Shown: positions 27,882-37,932, counted from the first letter of the stretch. The stretch: 64,000 nt of DNA from an uncultured bacterium (GCA_965369835.1 CBDUSE010000001.1:4393-68392), one strand, 5' to 3'. The notes: generated from the letters alone by a model not told the origin. A program made the numbers and translations.

Positions 27882-29180
27882 ATGATGGAGAGCACCGTTG
27901 CGTCCGAACAGGCCACGGGTGAGGGCATGTTCGCTGACGCGCTCACGGAACATGGCGTAGGTGGGGCCGGTGATATCGAGCGCCTGGCCGAGGCGTTCGA
28001 GCGCTTCACGAGGAAAGCCGCGAAGCTCCGGGGCGCCTATAACAAGCTCAAGCGACACGTGGGAGCGGTCAACCGCGAGCTCGAGGAAAAGAACGTCGAG
28101 CTACGGCACAAGATCGAGGAGCTCGACTCGACCCGCACGTACCTGAATAACGTGCTCGAGAGCATGGGAAGCGGCGTGATCGCCGTTGATGCGCTCGGAC
28201 GGATCACCACATTCAACGCGGCGGCCGAGCAGATGACCGGCTACAGGCGCAACGAGGTGCTCGGGCGCCCCTACGGCGAGGTCTTCCCCGAGCGGGACGA
28301 CGGCCCGCCGGCGATCCTTCTGTCACTCGAGACGCACAGGCCCCACATCGTCAAGGAGCGCGCCCTGCACCGCCACGACGGTCGGGCCGTACCAGTCGGC
28401 GTGAGCAGCTCGCCGTTTCGCGACTCGAACGGCGCTCTCTCCGGCGCGCTCGAGATCTTCCACGATCTTACTGAGGTGAAGTTGCTCGAAGAGCGCGTGC
28501 GTTGCGCCGATCGGCTCGCTGCGCTCGGTCAGATGGCAGCGACGGTGGCGCACGAGATCCGCAACCCGCTCGGCGGCATCGAGGGGTTCGCGGCGCTGCT
28601 CGAGCGCGATCTGGCGGACCGGCCCGACAAGCGCGAGATGGCGAGCCAGATCGTCCAGGGCGCCCGGGCGCTCAACCGCATCGTTGCCTGCCTGCTTGAT
28701 TTCACGCGCCCGGTCGCGCTCAAGCTGCGCTGGGTGAGTCTGGGCGAGATTGCCGACGCGGCGCTCGCGGTCGTCGAGCAGGAGATGGGCGCGCAGGGCC
28801 CGCGGGTCACCATCGTTCGGGACTACGCCGAGGAGGACATGGCGATCGTTGACCCGGAACAGATGTACGGGGTGGTGCTCAACCTTGCGCGCAACGCGTG
28901 GCAAGCGATGCACGAGGACGGCGAGATCATCGTGAAAATCGGGAGCGACGAGAACACCGTGACGCTCAGCGTGCGCGACACCGGATGCGGCATGACCGAG
29001 GAGGTCCGTGCAAAGCTCTTCTCACCGTTCTTCACGACGAAAGAGACCGGCACGGGCCTGGGACTGAGCATCGTGCGCAAGATTGTGCTCGCGCACGGCG
29101 GCACCATCGAGGTAGAGAGCGCGCCGGGTGCGGGCACCACGTTCACCGTCAAGATCCTTCGGCGCCTGCGAGCGGCCTGA
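27882..29180 (+). CDS. PAS-domain sensor histidine kinase (FlgS/NtrB-like)
   Basis: PAS segment (GSGVIAVDALGRITTFNAAAEQMTGY), H-box VAHEIRNPLGGI, and an HATPase region (RNAWQAM, DTGCGM, GTGLGL). Confidence 0.85.
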   Translation: MMESTVASEQATGEGMFADALTEHGVGGAGDIERLAEAFERFTRKAAKLRGAYNKLKRHVGAVNRELEEKNVELRHKIEELDSTRTYLNNVLESMGSGVIAVDALGRITTFNAAAEQMTGYRRNEVLGRPYGEVFPERDDGPPAILLSLETHRPHIVKERALHRHDGRAVPVGVSSSPFRDSNGALSGALEIFHDLTEVKLLEERVRCADRLAALGQMAATVAHEIRNPLGGIEGFAALLERDLADRPDKREMASQIVQGARALNRIVACLLDFTRPVALKLRWVSLGEIADAALAVVEQEMGAQGPRVTIVRDYAEEDMAIVDPEQMYGVVLNLARNAWQAMHEDGEIIVKIGSDENTVTLSVRDTGCGMTEEVRAKLFSPFFTTKETGTGLGLSIVRKIVLAHGGTIEVESAPGAGTTFTVKILRRLRAA

Positions 29181-29237
29181 GCACGAGACAGCAGGGACAA
29201 CACCAGAGACCACTGGAACACAGAGAGAGGCAAGAGG

Positions 29238-30629
29238 ATGGCCATCCAACACGTCCTCGTCGTTGATGACGAGCCGCTGATCCGCAAGTTCCTCGTCGAG
29301 ACGCTGAAGCGAATGGGCTTTGCCGTCCAGGATGCGTCGGACGGCGCGCAGGCGCTGCGAAAGATCAAGTCCGAAACGTTCGACCTGATCTTTACCGATA
29401 TCAAGATGCCGAGCCTGAGCGGCATGGAGCTGCTGCGCAAGGTGCGCGAGGTGTCGCCCGAGTCGGTCATCGTGATGATGACCGCTTACGCGACCGTCGA
29501 AAGCGCGGTCGAGGCGATGAAGATGGGCGCCTTCGACTACATCATCAAGCCGTTCTCGCCCGACCAGATTGAGATGGTCACCCGTCGGGCGACCGAGCGG
29601 CAGAGCCTCATCGAGGAGAACCAGTACCTGCGCAGCGAGATCCTCAAGGAGTACGGGTTCGGCGAGATCATCGGCAACGCTCCGGTGATGCACAGCATCT
29701 TTGAGGTGATCAAGAAGGTGGCCAACAGCCGGGCCACCATGCTTGTGCAGGGCGAGAGCGGCACCGGCAAGGAGCTGGCCGCGCGAGCGATCCATTTCAG
29801 CAGCGTACGCTCGAACGCACCGTTCATCAAGGTCAATTGCGCCGCTCTGCCGGAGAACCTGCTCGAGAGCGAGCTGTTCGGCCACGAGAAGGGTGCGTTC
29901 ACGGGCGCTGTGACGCGCCGCTTGGGCCGCTTCGAGCTCGCGCACCGCGGGACCCTGTTGCTCGACGAGGTGAGCGAGATCCCGCTCGGGCTCCAGGCGA
30001 AGCTGCTCCGGGTGCTCCAGGAGCGCGAGTTCGAGCGCGTCGGTGGCACCCGGCCGGTCAAGGTTGACGTGCGCATCGTGGCGACGACGAACCGGAACCT
30101 CGATGAGGAGATCGAGGCGAAGCGGTTTCGCGAGGACCTGTTCTTCCGGCTCAACGTCATCCCGATCACGCTGCCGCCACTGCGTGAGCGAGACGGCGAC
30201 GTGCCGTTGCTCGCGCAGCATTTCGTTGATCGCTACTGCCGCGAGAACAACCGGTCGCATAAGCAGATCGTGCCCGAAGCGCTCGAGATGATGTGCCACT
30301 ACGCATGGCCGGGCAACGTGCGCGAGCTGCAGAACGTGATCGAGCGCGCGGTGGTGCTCGATGCCGACGAGGTGATCCGGCCCGAGCACCTCGCGCTTCG
30401 CCCGTCCAGTTCGAGCGAAAGCGACAGCGACGAGATCGTTGATGCGGTCGGCAGGACGGTAGCGGAGATGGAGCGCCGGCTGATTCTCAAGACACTCCAG
30501 GCGCTCGAAGGGAACCGCGGCAGGACGGCCGAGATGCTCCAGATCAGCGTGCGCACGTTGCGCAACAAGCTTAACCAATACCGGGTGCAGGGACAGTTCG
30601 CTGACTCGAAGCCGGCCTGTGCGTCATGA
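29238..30629 (+). CDS. Sigma54-dependent response regulator (NtrC family), second FlgR/FleR-like paralog
   Basis: REC domain, GESGTGKE, ESELFGHEKGAFTGA, and a C-terminal HTH (NRGRTAEMLQISVRTLRNKL). Confidence 0.9.
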   Translation: MAIQHVLVVDDEPLIRKFLVETLKRMGFAVQDASDGAQALRKIKSETFDLIFTDIKMPSLSGMELLRKVREVSPESVIVMMTAYATVESAVEAMKMGAFDYIIKPFSPDQIEMVTRRATERQSLIEENQYLRSEILKEYGFGEIIGNAPVMHSIFEVIKKVANSRATMLVQGESGTGKELAARAIHFSSVRSNAPFIKVNCAALPENLLESELFGHEKGAFTGAVTRRLGRFELAHRGTLLLDEVSEIPLGLQAKLLRVLQEREFERVGGTRPVKVDVRIVATTNRNLDEEIEAKRFREDLFFRLNVIPITLPPLRERDGDVPLLAQHFVDRYCRENNRSHKQIVPEALEMMCHYAWPGNVRELQNVIERAVVLDADEVIRPEHLALRPSSSSESDSDEIVDAVGRTVAEMERRLILKTLQALEGNRGRTAEMLQISVRTLRNKLNQYRVQGQFADSKPACAS

Positions 30630-30672
30630 GCATGCAGGCCGGTTCTCGAGCGGGTTGGCCAGAAAAAACCGG

Positions 30673-30688
30673 TGGCATAGATATTGCT
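30673..30688 (+). promoter_or_regulatory. Sigma54 promoter TGGCAT-N5-TTGCT upstream of flgB
   Basis: Exact GG-N10-GC spacing, about 60 nt upstream of the flgB start. Confidence 0.55.
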
Positions 30689-30747
30689 CAACTCCTATGT
30701 GAATGCGGCAAAAGCTGCAGGTCAGAGCCGTCAGAGGAGCGACGTTC

Positions 30748-31113
30748 GTGAAGACACTGTTCCAGCCGGAAGCGCTCAAGCTGTACGAGAAGATGTTGGA
30801 TTTCGCGGCGCTTCGCCACAAGGTGATCGCCAACAACATCGCCAACATCAACACGCCGAACTTCCGGCGCTCGGATGTCGAGTTCGCCGACGAGCTGGAC
30901 CGCGTGTTGCGCGACAAGGGCATCAAGGGCGTCAAGGACCTGCGCTTTCGCATCACCAAGCCAAACACCACCGCGTTCCGTAACGACAACAACAACGTGA
31001 GCATTGATACCGAGATGGCGGTGCTCGCCGAGAACGCCATCCTTTACCAGGTTTATGCACAGCTCATGGCGCGGCGGTTCCGCAAGCTCCACGACATTAT
31101 CAAGGAGGCCTAA
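30748..31113 (+). CDS. flgB: Flagellar basal-body rod protein FlgB
   Basis: Rod N-terminal motif VIANNIANINTPNFRR. Probable GTG start at 30748; the ORF track ATG is at 30703. Confidence 0.85.
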   Translation: MKTLFQPEALKLYEKMLDFAALRHKVIANNIANINTPNFRRSDVEFADELDRVLRDKGIKGVKDLRFRITKPNTTAFRNDNNNVSIDTEMAVLAENAILYQVYAQLMARRFRKLHDIIKEA

Positions 31114-31115
31114 CG

Positions 31116-31547
31116 ATGGGCGAAGGCATCTTCAGCTCGTTCGACATCAGCGCCTCGGGCATGACGGCCGAACGGCTGCGCATGAACGTGATCGCTTTCA
31201 ACATCGCCAACGCCAACACGACCCGCAGTGCCGACGGCGGGCCGTATCGGAAGCGCTACGTCGTGTTCGAGGAAGTGCTCGCCGATGCGCAGCGCAACCT
31301 CGACGGCTTGATGCGTGACGTCGGCTCGGGCGTTCGTGTCGTCGAGGTCAGTCGCGACAACGAACCGGGCCCGAAGCGCTACCTCCCGGGCCACCCGGAC
31401 GCCGACGAGGACGGCATGGTCGAGATGCCGAACGTCAATCCGGTGATGGAGATGCTCGACATGATTAACGCGTCGCGCGGGTATGAGGCCAACGTCATGG
31501 CGATCAGCGCGGCGAAGCAGATGATCCTCAAGGCGCTTGAGATCTAG
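31116..31547 (+). CDS. flgC: Flagellar basal-body rod protein FlgC
   Basis: SGMTAERLRMNVIAFNIANANTT and a C-terminal GYEANVMAISAAKQM. Confidence 0.9.
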   Translation: MGEGIFSSFDISASGMTAERLRMNVIAFNIANANTTRSADGGPYRKRYVVFEEVLADAQRNLDGLMRDVGSGVRVVEVSRDNEPGPKRYLPGHPDADEDGMVEMPNVNPVMEMLDMINASRGYEANVMAISAAKQMILKALEI

Positions 31548-31579
31548 CCGCGGCACACGCGCAGCGTGGGAATGGAGCA

Positions 31580-31879
31580 ATGACAGAGATTTCGAAGATA
31601 GGGCGACACCTTCCACTGCTCGATCCGGCGCAGGCGGGCCGCGTGCAGCCGCCGGCGGGCGGCTCCTTCAAGGACGTGCTCGGCGGCTTCCTCGAGGAGG
31701 TCAACGACCTGCAGCTCGACATGGATGAGACGATCAAGAAGTTCGCTGCGGGCGAGATCAAGGACGTGCATCAGGTCATGATCGCCGCCGAGGAAGCAGA
31801 CATCGCCTTCCAACTTATGATGAAGATCCGCAGCAAGCTGCTCAAGGCGTACGAAGAAGTGATGAAGATGCAGGTGTAG
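31580..31879 (+). CDS. fliE: Flagellar hook-basal body protein FliE
   Basis: 99 aa, FliE pattern (FKDVLGGFLEEVNDLQ...VMIAAEEADIAFQLMMKIRSKLLKAYEEVMKM). Confidence 0.85.
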   Translation: MTEISKIGRHLPLLDPAQAGRVQPPAGGSFKDVLGGFLEEVNDLQLDMDETIKKFAAGEIKDVHQVMIAAEEADIAFQLMMKIRSKLLKAYEEVMKMQV

Positions 31880-31901
31880 GCCGGACCGGAGAAGCACGGG
31901 C

Positions 31902-33524
31902 ATGGATAAGCTGAACGCGATTGGCAAGCAGCTCGCCGCGATCTGGAAACGGATCGGGTTCAACCAGCGGGTCTCGATTGTGCTCGTGGCCGTTGTCGGA
32001 CTCCTCGGTTTGTGGATGTTCGCCAGGCTCTCGCATCGCCCGTCGAGCGCGCTCCTGTATCCCCAGGCGCTCGACCCAGGCGACGCTGCGGCAATCGCCG
32101 ACATGCTCCGCGACGAGAACGTCAAGTTCGAGGTGCGCAACGGTGGCCGTCGCATCTACGTGCCCGCGCACCGCGTCAACGAGCTCCGCCTGACGATGGC
32201 CGGCGCCGGCCTGCCGGCAAGCACCGGCGGGACCGGATGGGGCGATATCTTCGACAAAGGCGGCCTCGGCGGGCAGTCGGAGACGATGGTCAATATCAAC
32301 AAGCTCCGCGCGTTGCAGGGCGAGCTTGCCCGAACGATCTCGGCACTTGCAGGCGTGCAGAGCGCGCGGGTGCATCTGGTGATGCCGAAGGAACGACTGT
32401 TCAAGCAGGACCAGGAGCCGGCGAAGGCGTCAATCGTGCTCACCCTCAGGCCCGGCTACGGCCTCGGCCCCTCGGAGATCAGCGGTATCCGCTACCTGTG
32501 CGCAAGCGCGATCGAGGGGCTCAAGACGAACAACATCACCATCCTCGACGGGACCGGGCAGATCCTGGCGAAGCCCAGGGGCAAAGATACGATACTCGAC
32601 GTAGGCTCGGAGCAGTTCGCGCTCACTCGCCATGTCGAGAAACAGCTTGCCGAGAAGATCGCGGCCCAGCTCGACCCCGCGATCGGCCCGGGCAACTGGA
32701 CGGCGACAGTGACGGTTGATCTCAACAACGAGAGCCTCGAGACAGAGGAGATCAAGAGCACCGGCGGAGCCGTGATCGAGGAGGAGACCTCCGAGCGTAA
32801 GAGCGACAGCTCGAAGGGGGCCGCAGGCGGCGAGCCGGGAGCGGTGCCGAACGTTGACGTGAGCGCCGCTGGCGGCGGGTCGAGCGGACACTCGACCGAT
32901 GCAACCACAACGATGAGGACGCGGACCATGCCGAACACGACGACCAGGAAGGTCGTTGTGCCGCCGGGCAGCATCAAGAAAGTGAGCGCCTCGGTTATCG
33001 TCAACAAGGATCGTAAACCAACCGCCGCCGACGGCACGACGCTGAGCGTGTCGGACGTTGAGGAGCTCGTCAAAGCGGTCATCATGTACGATCCGACGCG
33101 CAACGATCAGGTCAGCGTCCACGAGGCGTCGTTTGTCAAGGCGGAGACAGGTGATCAGCAGTTGGCGGAGCCGCCGAGCCCGATCATGACCGCCGTTGCC
33201 AAGCACGGGCCGGCGGCCATCGTTTCCATCGCGCTGCTCGGCTTCCTCTGGGTCGTCATGAAGAAGACGAGGTACGCCGATCACGGGCCGGAAGCCACCA
33301 GAACCGTGATCGCGGCGACGGCGGCCGCCGCGCCGGGCGGTGGCGAAAGGGAGACCGTGATCCCAGATGCGGTCACTTCGGACAGGAAGGTCCAGGAGAT
33401 CTTCAACGACATCGTGCTCGAGGATAGCGAGGCGGAACTTCGCGGCCTGCGCGAGGCCATGAACAAGCTGGTGGAGCAGAAGCCGGAGAGCATTGCCGCG
33501 GTGATTCGCCAGTGGATTAGCTAA
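31902..33524 (+). CDS. fliF: Flagellar MS-ring protein FliF
   Basis: 540 aa with an N-terminal TM helix, the YscJ/FliF domain and a C-terminal TM helix. Confidence 0.9.
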   Translation: MDKLNAIGKQLAAIWKRIGFNQRVSIVLVAVVGLLGLWMFARLSHRPSSALLYPQALDPGDAAAIADMLRDENVKFEVRNGGRRIYVPAHRVNELRLTMAGAGLPASTGGTGWGDIFDKGGLGGQSETMVNINKLRALQGELARTISALAGVQSARVHLVMPKERLFKQDQEPAKASIVLTLRPGYGLGPSEISGIRYLCASAIEGLKTNNITILDGTGQILAKPRGKDTILDVGSEQFALTRHVEKQLAEKIAAQLDPAIGPGNWTATVTVDLNNESLETEEIKSTGGAVIEEETSERKSDSSKGAAGGEPGAVPNVDVSAAGGGSSGHSTDATTTMRTRTMPNTTTRKVVVPPGSIKKVSASVIVNKDRKPTAADGTTLSVSDVEELVKAVIMYDPTRNDQVSVHEASFVKAETGDQQLAEPPSPIMTAVAKHGPAAIVSIALLGFLWVVMKKTRYADHGPEATRTVIAATAAAAPGGGERETVIPDAVTSDRKVQEIFNDIVLEDSEAELRGLREAMNKLVEQKPESIAAVIRQWIS

Positions 33525-33570
33525 CACAGCGGGGCTCCGACGACACACCACGCCCCGGGAGATCAACGAG

Positions 33571-34635
33571 ATGGCACAGAAACGTCGGCGTAAAGGCGAC
33601 GAGGAGGAAGAGGCACAGGAGAAGGAAGTGCGGCCGCTTACGGGCAAGCAGAAGGCGGCGATCCTGCTGATCGTGCTCGGCACCTCGAAGGCGGCCAAGG
33701 TCTTCAGGCATCTCGAGGACACCGAGGTCGAGAAGGTGATCGGTTCGCTCGCCGAGGTCCGCAACGTGCCGGCGCCGGCACAGGAGCAGGTGCTCGAGGA
33801 GGCGATCGCCGGTGCCTACAAGGGGGGAACGGCGGCCTCCGGCGGCATCGGCTTTGCCAAGAAGGTGCTTGAGGAGGCGCTGGGCGCGCGCAAGGCGGCC
33901 GACATCATCAACCGCATTGATGTGGTTATGGCCAAGAGCACCTCGTTCGAGGTGTTTCACAAGGTCGGCGCCAGCCAGCTCGTCAACGTGCTCGTCAAGG
34001 AACAACCGCAAACGATTGCGCTGGTCCTCGCGCACCTGCCGCCGTTCCAGGCCGCGCAGATCCTGTCCGGCCTGCCCGAGGAGATGCAGAACGAGGTGAT
34101 CCTGCGCATCGCCAAGATGGACAAGGCGGACCCGGAGGTGGTCGCACAGATCGAGGCCGTGCTGCGCAAGCAGGTTTCGACCTACAAGCAGAACCTGCGC
34201 ACCGTCGGCGGTGCGCGCGCTGTGGCGAGCGTATTGAACCTGATCAACCGCACTATGGAGAAGCACATTCTCGAATCGCTCAAGGAGAAGGAGTGGGAAA
34301 TCGCCGAGGAAGTCAAAAAGCTGATGTTCGTCTTCGAGGACCTCGTGCTCGTCGAGGACAAGTCCATGCAGCGGGTGCTCAAGGAGATTGATATCAAGGA
34401 CGTGACGGTCGCGCTCAAGGCTGCTAGCGACGAGGTGAAGCAGAAGTTCTTCTCGAACCTTTCGAAGCGTGCCGTCGAGATGATCGAGGAGGAGCTCGAG
34501 TACATGGGCCCGGTCAAGCTCAAGACAGTCGAAGAGGCCCAGCAGAAAATCGTCAACGTCGTGCGTACGCTTGACGAGCAGGGCGAGGTTCTGATCGCGG
34601 GCCGCGGCGGCAGGGAGGATGAGGTCCTTGTCTAG
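33571..34635 (+). CDS. fliG: Flagellar motor switch protein FliG
   Basis: FliG N, middle and C domains (LTGKQKAAILLIVLG, EVILRIAKMDKADPEV, and the C-terminal charged helix). Confidence 0.92.
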   Translation: MAQKRRRKGDEEEEAQEKEVRPLTGKQKAAILLIVLGTSKAAKVFRHLEDTEVEKVIGSLAEVRNVPAPAQEQVLEEAIAGAYKGGTAASGGIGFAKKVLEEALGARKAADIINRIDVVMAKSTSFEVFHKVGASQLVNVLVKEQPQTIALVLAHLPPFQAAQILSGLPEEMQNEVILRIAKMDKADPEVVAQIEAVLRKQVSTYKQNLRTVGGARAVASVLNLINRTMEKHILESLKEKEWEIAEEVKKLMFVFEDLVLVEDKSMQRVLKEIDIKDVTVALKAASDEVKQKFFSNLSKRAVEMIEEELEYMGPVKLKTVEEAQQKIVNVVRTLDEQGEVLIAGRGGREDEVLV

Positions 34636-35272
34636 CTCGGTGGTGAAACGAAGCCGTTTGCTCCTCGATCCGTACCAGGTCGGCGGCAAGCCTGAGCGAA
34701 TGATCAGCCAGAGCGAGCTTGACGAGATCCTCGAGCGCAAGAGGGTCGAGGCGTTCGAGGTGGGCTTTGAGCAAGGCTCGGCCAAAGGCTACGAGCTTGG
34801 CGAGCGCGAAGGAAGCCAGCGTGCGGCCGAGGAAGTGGCCGCGCGGTTCAAACAGGAGTTTGCCGAAAGGTTCGCCGCCGTTGACGCGCTCATCAGCGAG
34901 ATCACGGCCGCCCGCGAGCGCCTGATCCGATCGGCCGAGCGCGACGTGGTGGCGCTGGCCATCATGATCGCTTCCCGCGTGCTGGTGAGCGAGGTCAAGG
35001 AGTCGAGCATAACGCCTGAGCTCGTCGAGGAAGCAGTGCGCCAGACGATGGATCGCAAGCACGTGGTGGTCCGGCTCAATCCGGCTGACCGCGAGGCGAT
35101 GACCCAGGACGGCCGGCCGCTCGAGGCGATATTCGAGGGCGCCGCGGCGGTCGAGTTCGTTGACGACGAGTCGGTCGGCCGATGCGGCTGCATTGTCGAG
35201 TCGAACATGGGCATCGTGGACGCCCAGCTCGACAAGCAAATCGAGCAACTCCGCGAGGCGCTGCTCGCGTAG
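34619..35272 (+). CDS. fliH: Flagellar assembly protein FliH
   Basis: 217 aa, FliH-like (EAFEVGFEQGSAKGYELGEREG...). Confidence 0.8.
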   Translation: MRSLSSSVVKRSRLLLDPYQVGGKPERMISQSELDEILERKRVEAFEVGFEQGSAKGYELGEREGSQRAAEEVAARFKQEFAERFAAVDALISEITAARERLIRSAERDVVALAIMIASRVLVSEVKESSITPELVEEAVRQTMDRKHVVVRLNPADREAMTQDGRPLEAIFEGAAAVEFVDDESVGRCGCIVESNMGIVDAQLDKQIEQLREALLA

Positions 35273-35278
35273 CGCCTT

Positions 35279-36661
35279 GTGCGCCGTCCAAGGGGGAGCG
35301 CGGTGACAACTTCTCTCGTGGAGCGATATGCCGAGCGCGTGGCTCGCGCCCGCGCCATGCAGGTGCGTGGGCGCATCACGCACGTGCTCGGTCTCGTTGT
35401 CGAGTCGCAGGGGCCGGCGGTCTCCGTCGGTGAGCTCTGCACGGTGAGCGGCGAGGACGGCGTTCGGATCGTGGCGGAAGTCGTCGGTTTCCGGGACCAG
35501 AAAGTGCTCCTCATGCCGCTCGGCGACATGAAGGGCATTCACCCGGGAAGCGAGGTGGTCGCGGCGGGGCATCAGCTTCTCGTTCCGGCGGGGCGCCAGT
35601 TGCTCGGGCGCATTCTCGACGGGCTGGGCCACCCGATTGACGGGCGGGGGCCGCTCGAGGCCGAGGCGCAGTGCCCGATCGAGCGCGACCCGATCAACCC
35701 GCTCGTGCGCAAGCGCATCACCGAGCCGCTCGGCACCGGCATCCGCGCTATTGACGCTGTGCTCACCTGCGGCCGGGGCCAGCGCGTCGGGATCTTCAGC
35801 GGCAGCGGCCTGGGCAAGAGCGTGCTGCTCGGGATGATCGCTCGCCAAACGGAGGCGGACGTCAACGTCATCGGCCTGATCGGCGAGCGCGGTCGCGAGG
35901 TGCGCGAGTTCCTCGAAAAAGACCTTGGCGAGGAGGGCCTGAAGCGGTCGGTCGTCGTGGTGGCGACCTCGGACCAGCCGGCGCTCGTGCGCGTGAAAGG
36001 CGCGCATACCATGGCGGCCATCGCCGAGTACTTCCGCGACCAGGGGCATGATGTGATGCTTATGATGGACTCGATAACGCGCTACGCCATGGCGCTGCGT
36101 GAGATCGGGCTCTCGATCGGCGAGCCGCCGACGACGAAGGGCTACACACCATCGGTTTTCGCGGCGCTGCCAAGGCTGCTCGAGCGCGCGGGCACCTCGG
36201 ATACCGGCAGCATCACGGGGCTTTATGCCGTGCTCGTCGAGGCGGACGACATGAGCGAGCCGGTTTCCGACGCGGTGCGCGCCATCCTCGACGGGCACAT
36301 AGTGCTCTCGCGCGAGCTTGCGGCACGCAACCACTACCCTGCCATTGATGTGCTCGACAGTATCAGCCGCGTGATGATTGACATCGTGCCGCGCGAGCAC
36401 CTCGACGCGGCGCGGCACTTGCAGCATCACGTCGCGGTTTTCACCCGGGCGCAGGACCTGATCAACATCGGCGCCTATAAACACGGGAGCAACCCGGAGA
36501 TTGATCGCGCGATCGCCATGATCGTCAAGATCGAGACGTTCCTGCGCCAGGAGATTGAAGAGCGAAGCGACTACCGCACCGCCGTGCACGGGCTCATCGA
36601 GCTCATCGGGAGCGAGGCGACGCTCGGGACGGCCGCCACCGGGGCAGGAGAAGAGGCGTGA
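35279..36661 (+). CDS. fliI: Flagellum-specific ATPase FliI
   Basis: Walker A GIFSGSGLGKS, Walker B LMMDSITR, and F1-ATPase beta-like fold. The start may be a downstream GTG near 35303. Confidence 0.92.
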   Translation: MRRPRGSAVTTSLVERYAERVARARAMQVRGRITHVLGLVVESQGPAVSVGELCTVSGEDGVRIVAEVVGFRDQKVLLMPLGDMKGIHPGSEVVAAGHQLLVPAGRQLLGRILDGLGHPIDGRGPLEAEAQCPIERDPINPLVRKRITEPLGTGIRAIDAVLTCGRGQRVGIFSGSGLGKSVLLGMIARQTEADVNVIGLIGERGREVREFLEKDLGEEGLKRSVVVVATSDQPALVRVKGAHTMAAIAEYFRDQGHDVMLMMDSITRYAMALREIGLSIGEPPTTKGYTPSVFAALPRLLERAGTSDTGSITGLYAVLVEADDMSEPVSDAVRAILDGHIVLSRELAARNHYPAIDVLDSISRVMIDIVPREHLDAARHLQHHVAVFTRAQDLINIGAYKHGSNPEIDRAIAMIVKIETFLRQEIEERSDYRTAVHGLIELIGSEATLGTAATGAGEEA

Positions 36662-37119
36662 AACGGTTCGCGTTCAGATTCAGGCGGGTGCTCGAGACGA
36701 AACGCCACCTCGAAGAGATGAAGAAGAACGAGTTGGCCGCGCTCATGGGGCAGCGGCTTCAAGACGAGCGACAGCTCTTCTCGATCCAGGGCGAGCTGCT
36801 CGACCAGCAGCGAGAGCTGGCGGGCCGTGCCGAGGAGCGCGAGACGCTTCCGGACCTCGCACGGCTCACGCGGTACTTCTACAAGCTCGCCGATGACATC
36901 CGGCGCTTCCAGGAGCAGCTTGGCCGGTGGGACGAGCTGATCGAGGCGAAGCGCGCCGAGCTCGTCGAGGCCAAGCGCGAGACACGGATCCTCGAGAAGC
37001 TCGAGGAGACCGACCGCCGAGCCTACGACAAAGCCGTGGCCGATTGGGAGCAGAAGCTCATTGACGAAGTGGCTACCGGTCGCTACGTGCGCCGCATGCA
37101 CGAAGAGGTTCATCAATGA
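36658..37119 (+). CDS. fliJ: Flagellar export protein FliJ
   Basis: 153 aa coiled coil with a FliJ-like N-terminus (FRFRRVLETKRHLEE). Confidence 0.75.
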   Translation: MKRFAFRFRRVLETKRHLEEMKKNELAALMGQRLQDERQLFSIQGELLDQQRELAGRAEERETLPDLARLTRYFYKLADDIRRFQEQLGRWDELIEAKRAELVEAKRETRILEKLEETDRRAYDKAVADWEQKLIDEVATGRYVRRMHEEVHQ

Positions 37120-37751
37120 AAGCGATCAAGCAGTTCCTGTTGACGTTGCTGGGCGCGATTCTCGTCGTGATCGGCGCCGAGGTCGCGATCGTCAAGGCCG
37201 TGGGCAAGGACGGGCTCCGGCAGGTGCCGATCGTGGGCGATCTGTTCACCGTCGTCGAGGCGACCGGTGCGATCGAAGAGCCCCACGACGAACGCTTCGA
37301 CGAGATCGAAAACATCCTTGCCCGGCTCAAGGAGCGCGAGGAGTTGGACGCCCGGCAGGACGATCACCTCGACCAGATGCACAAGATGAAGGCGGACCTC
37401 GAAGCGATCGAGCGGCGCAATCGGCAACTGTTCGACCACATCAGGCAGCTCTATCCCATCATTAGCGAGGCGCGACAGGAGACGCTCAAGGTGCTCGCGA
37501 AGAAGTACGAGAAGGCGTCACCGGAAACGGTCGCGCAGATCTTCGATGGCATGAGCGATCTCGAGTGCGCCGAGTTGCTCCTCGTGATGAACGATCGCTC
37601 GACGGCCAAGGTGCTCGAAGCGTTCACCAAGATGGGCGAGAGCGCAATCGAGCGGGAACGCAACCGCAAACGCACCACGAAGATCAACCAGCTCATGCGC
37701 AACACGCTTCTGCTCTCCGATGAGAAGGCGGCGCTCTTCTCGCCGCCGTAG
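37116..37751 (+). CDS. YlxF-like flagellar protein with an MgtE_N-type domain
   Basis: Sits where ylxF sits in the B. subtilis fla operon (after fliJ). Has an N-terminal TM helix and an MgtE_N-like region (DGMSDLECAELLLVMNDRSTAKVLEAFTKMG). Confidence 0.55.
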   Translation: MKAIKQFLLTLLGAILVVIGAEVAIVKAVGKDGLRQVPIVGDLFTVVEATGAIEEPHDERFDEIENILARLKEREELDARQDDHLDQMHKMKADLEAIERRNRQLFDHIRQLYPIISEARQETLKVLAKKYEKASPETVAQIFDGMSDLECAELLLVMNDRSTAKVLEAFTKMGESAIERERNRKRTTKINQLMRNTLLLSDEKAALFSPP

Positions 37752-37874
37752 CGGCCGCGATCGCGAAAGCGGCAGTTTCTTCCCGTCGGCCGGAACTTCC
37801 TTCCCTTCGACGCCCGCCCGTATGTGTCTCGCGTTTCGCGCAGCCGGGCCCGGTGGCGGGCCTTCTTCCCTGTC

Positions 37875-37890
37875 AGCGTTGCGCAACGCT
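37875..37890 (+). terminator. Perfect 16-bp palindrome AGCGTTGCGCAACGCT followed by a T/C-rich tract; candidate intrinsic terminator or operator
   Basis: Lies in the 276-nt gap between the ylxF-like gene and fliK. Followed by TTTCCCCTTCTTTCC. Confidence 0.3.
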
Positions 37891-37916
37891 TTCCCCTTCT
37901 TTCCGATTTGTGCGCG

Positions 37917-37932
37917 TGGAACGGCAAATGCG
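37917..37932 (+). promoter_or_regulatory. Candidate sigma54 promoter TGGAAC-N5-ATGCG upstream of fliK
   Basis: GG-N10-GC spacing is exact. The -12 element deviates from the consensus. Confidence 0.3.

Noticed and set aside
34553-36589. 678-aa minus-strand ORF antisense to fliH/fliI
   Set aside because: An antisense shadow of the flagellar ATPase genes with no motifs.
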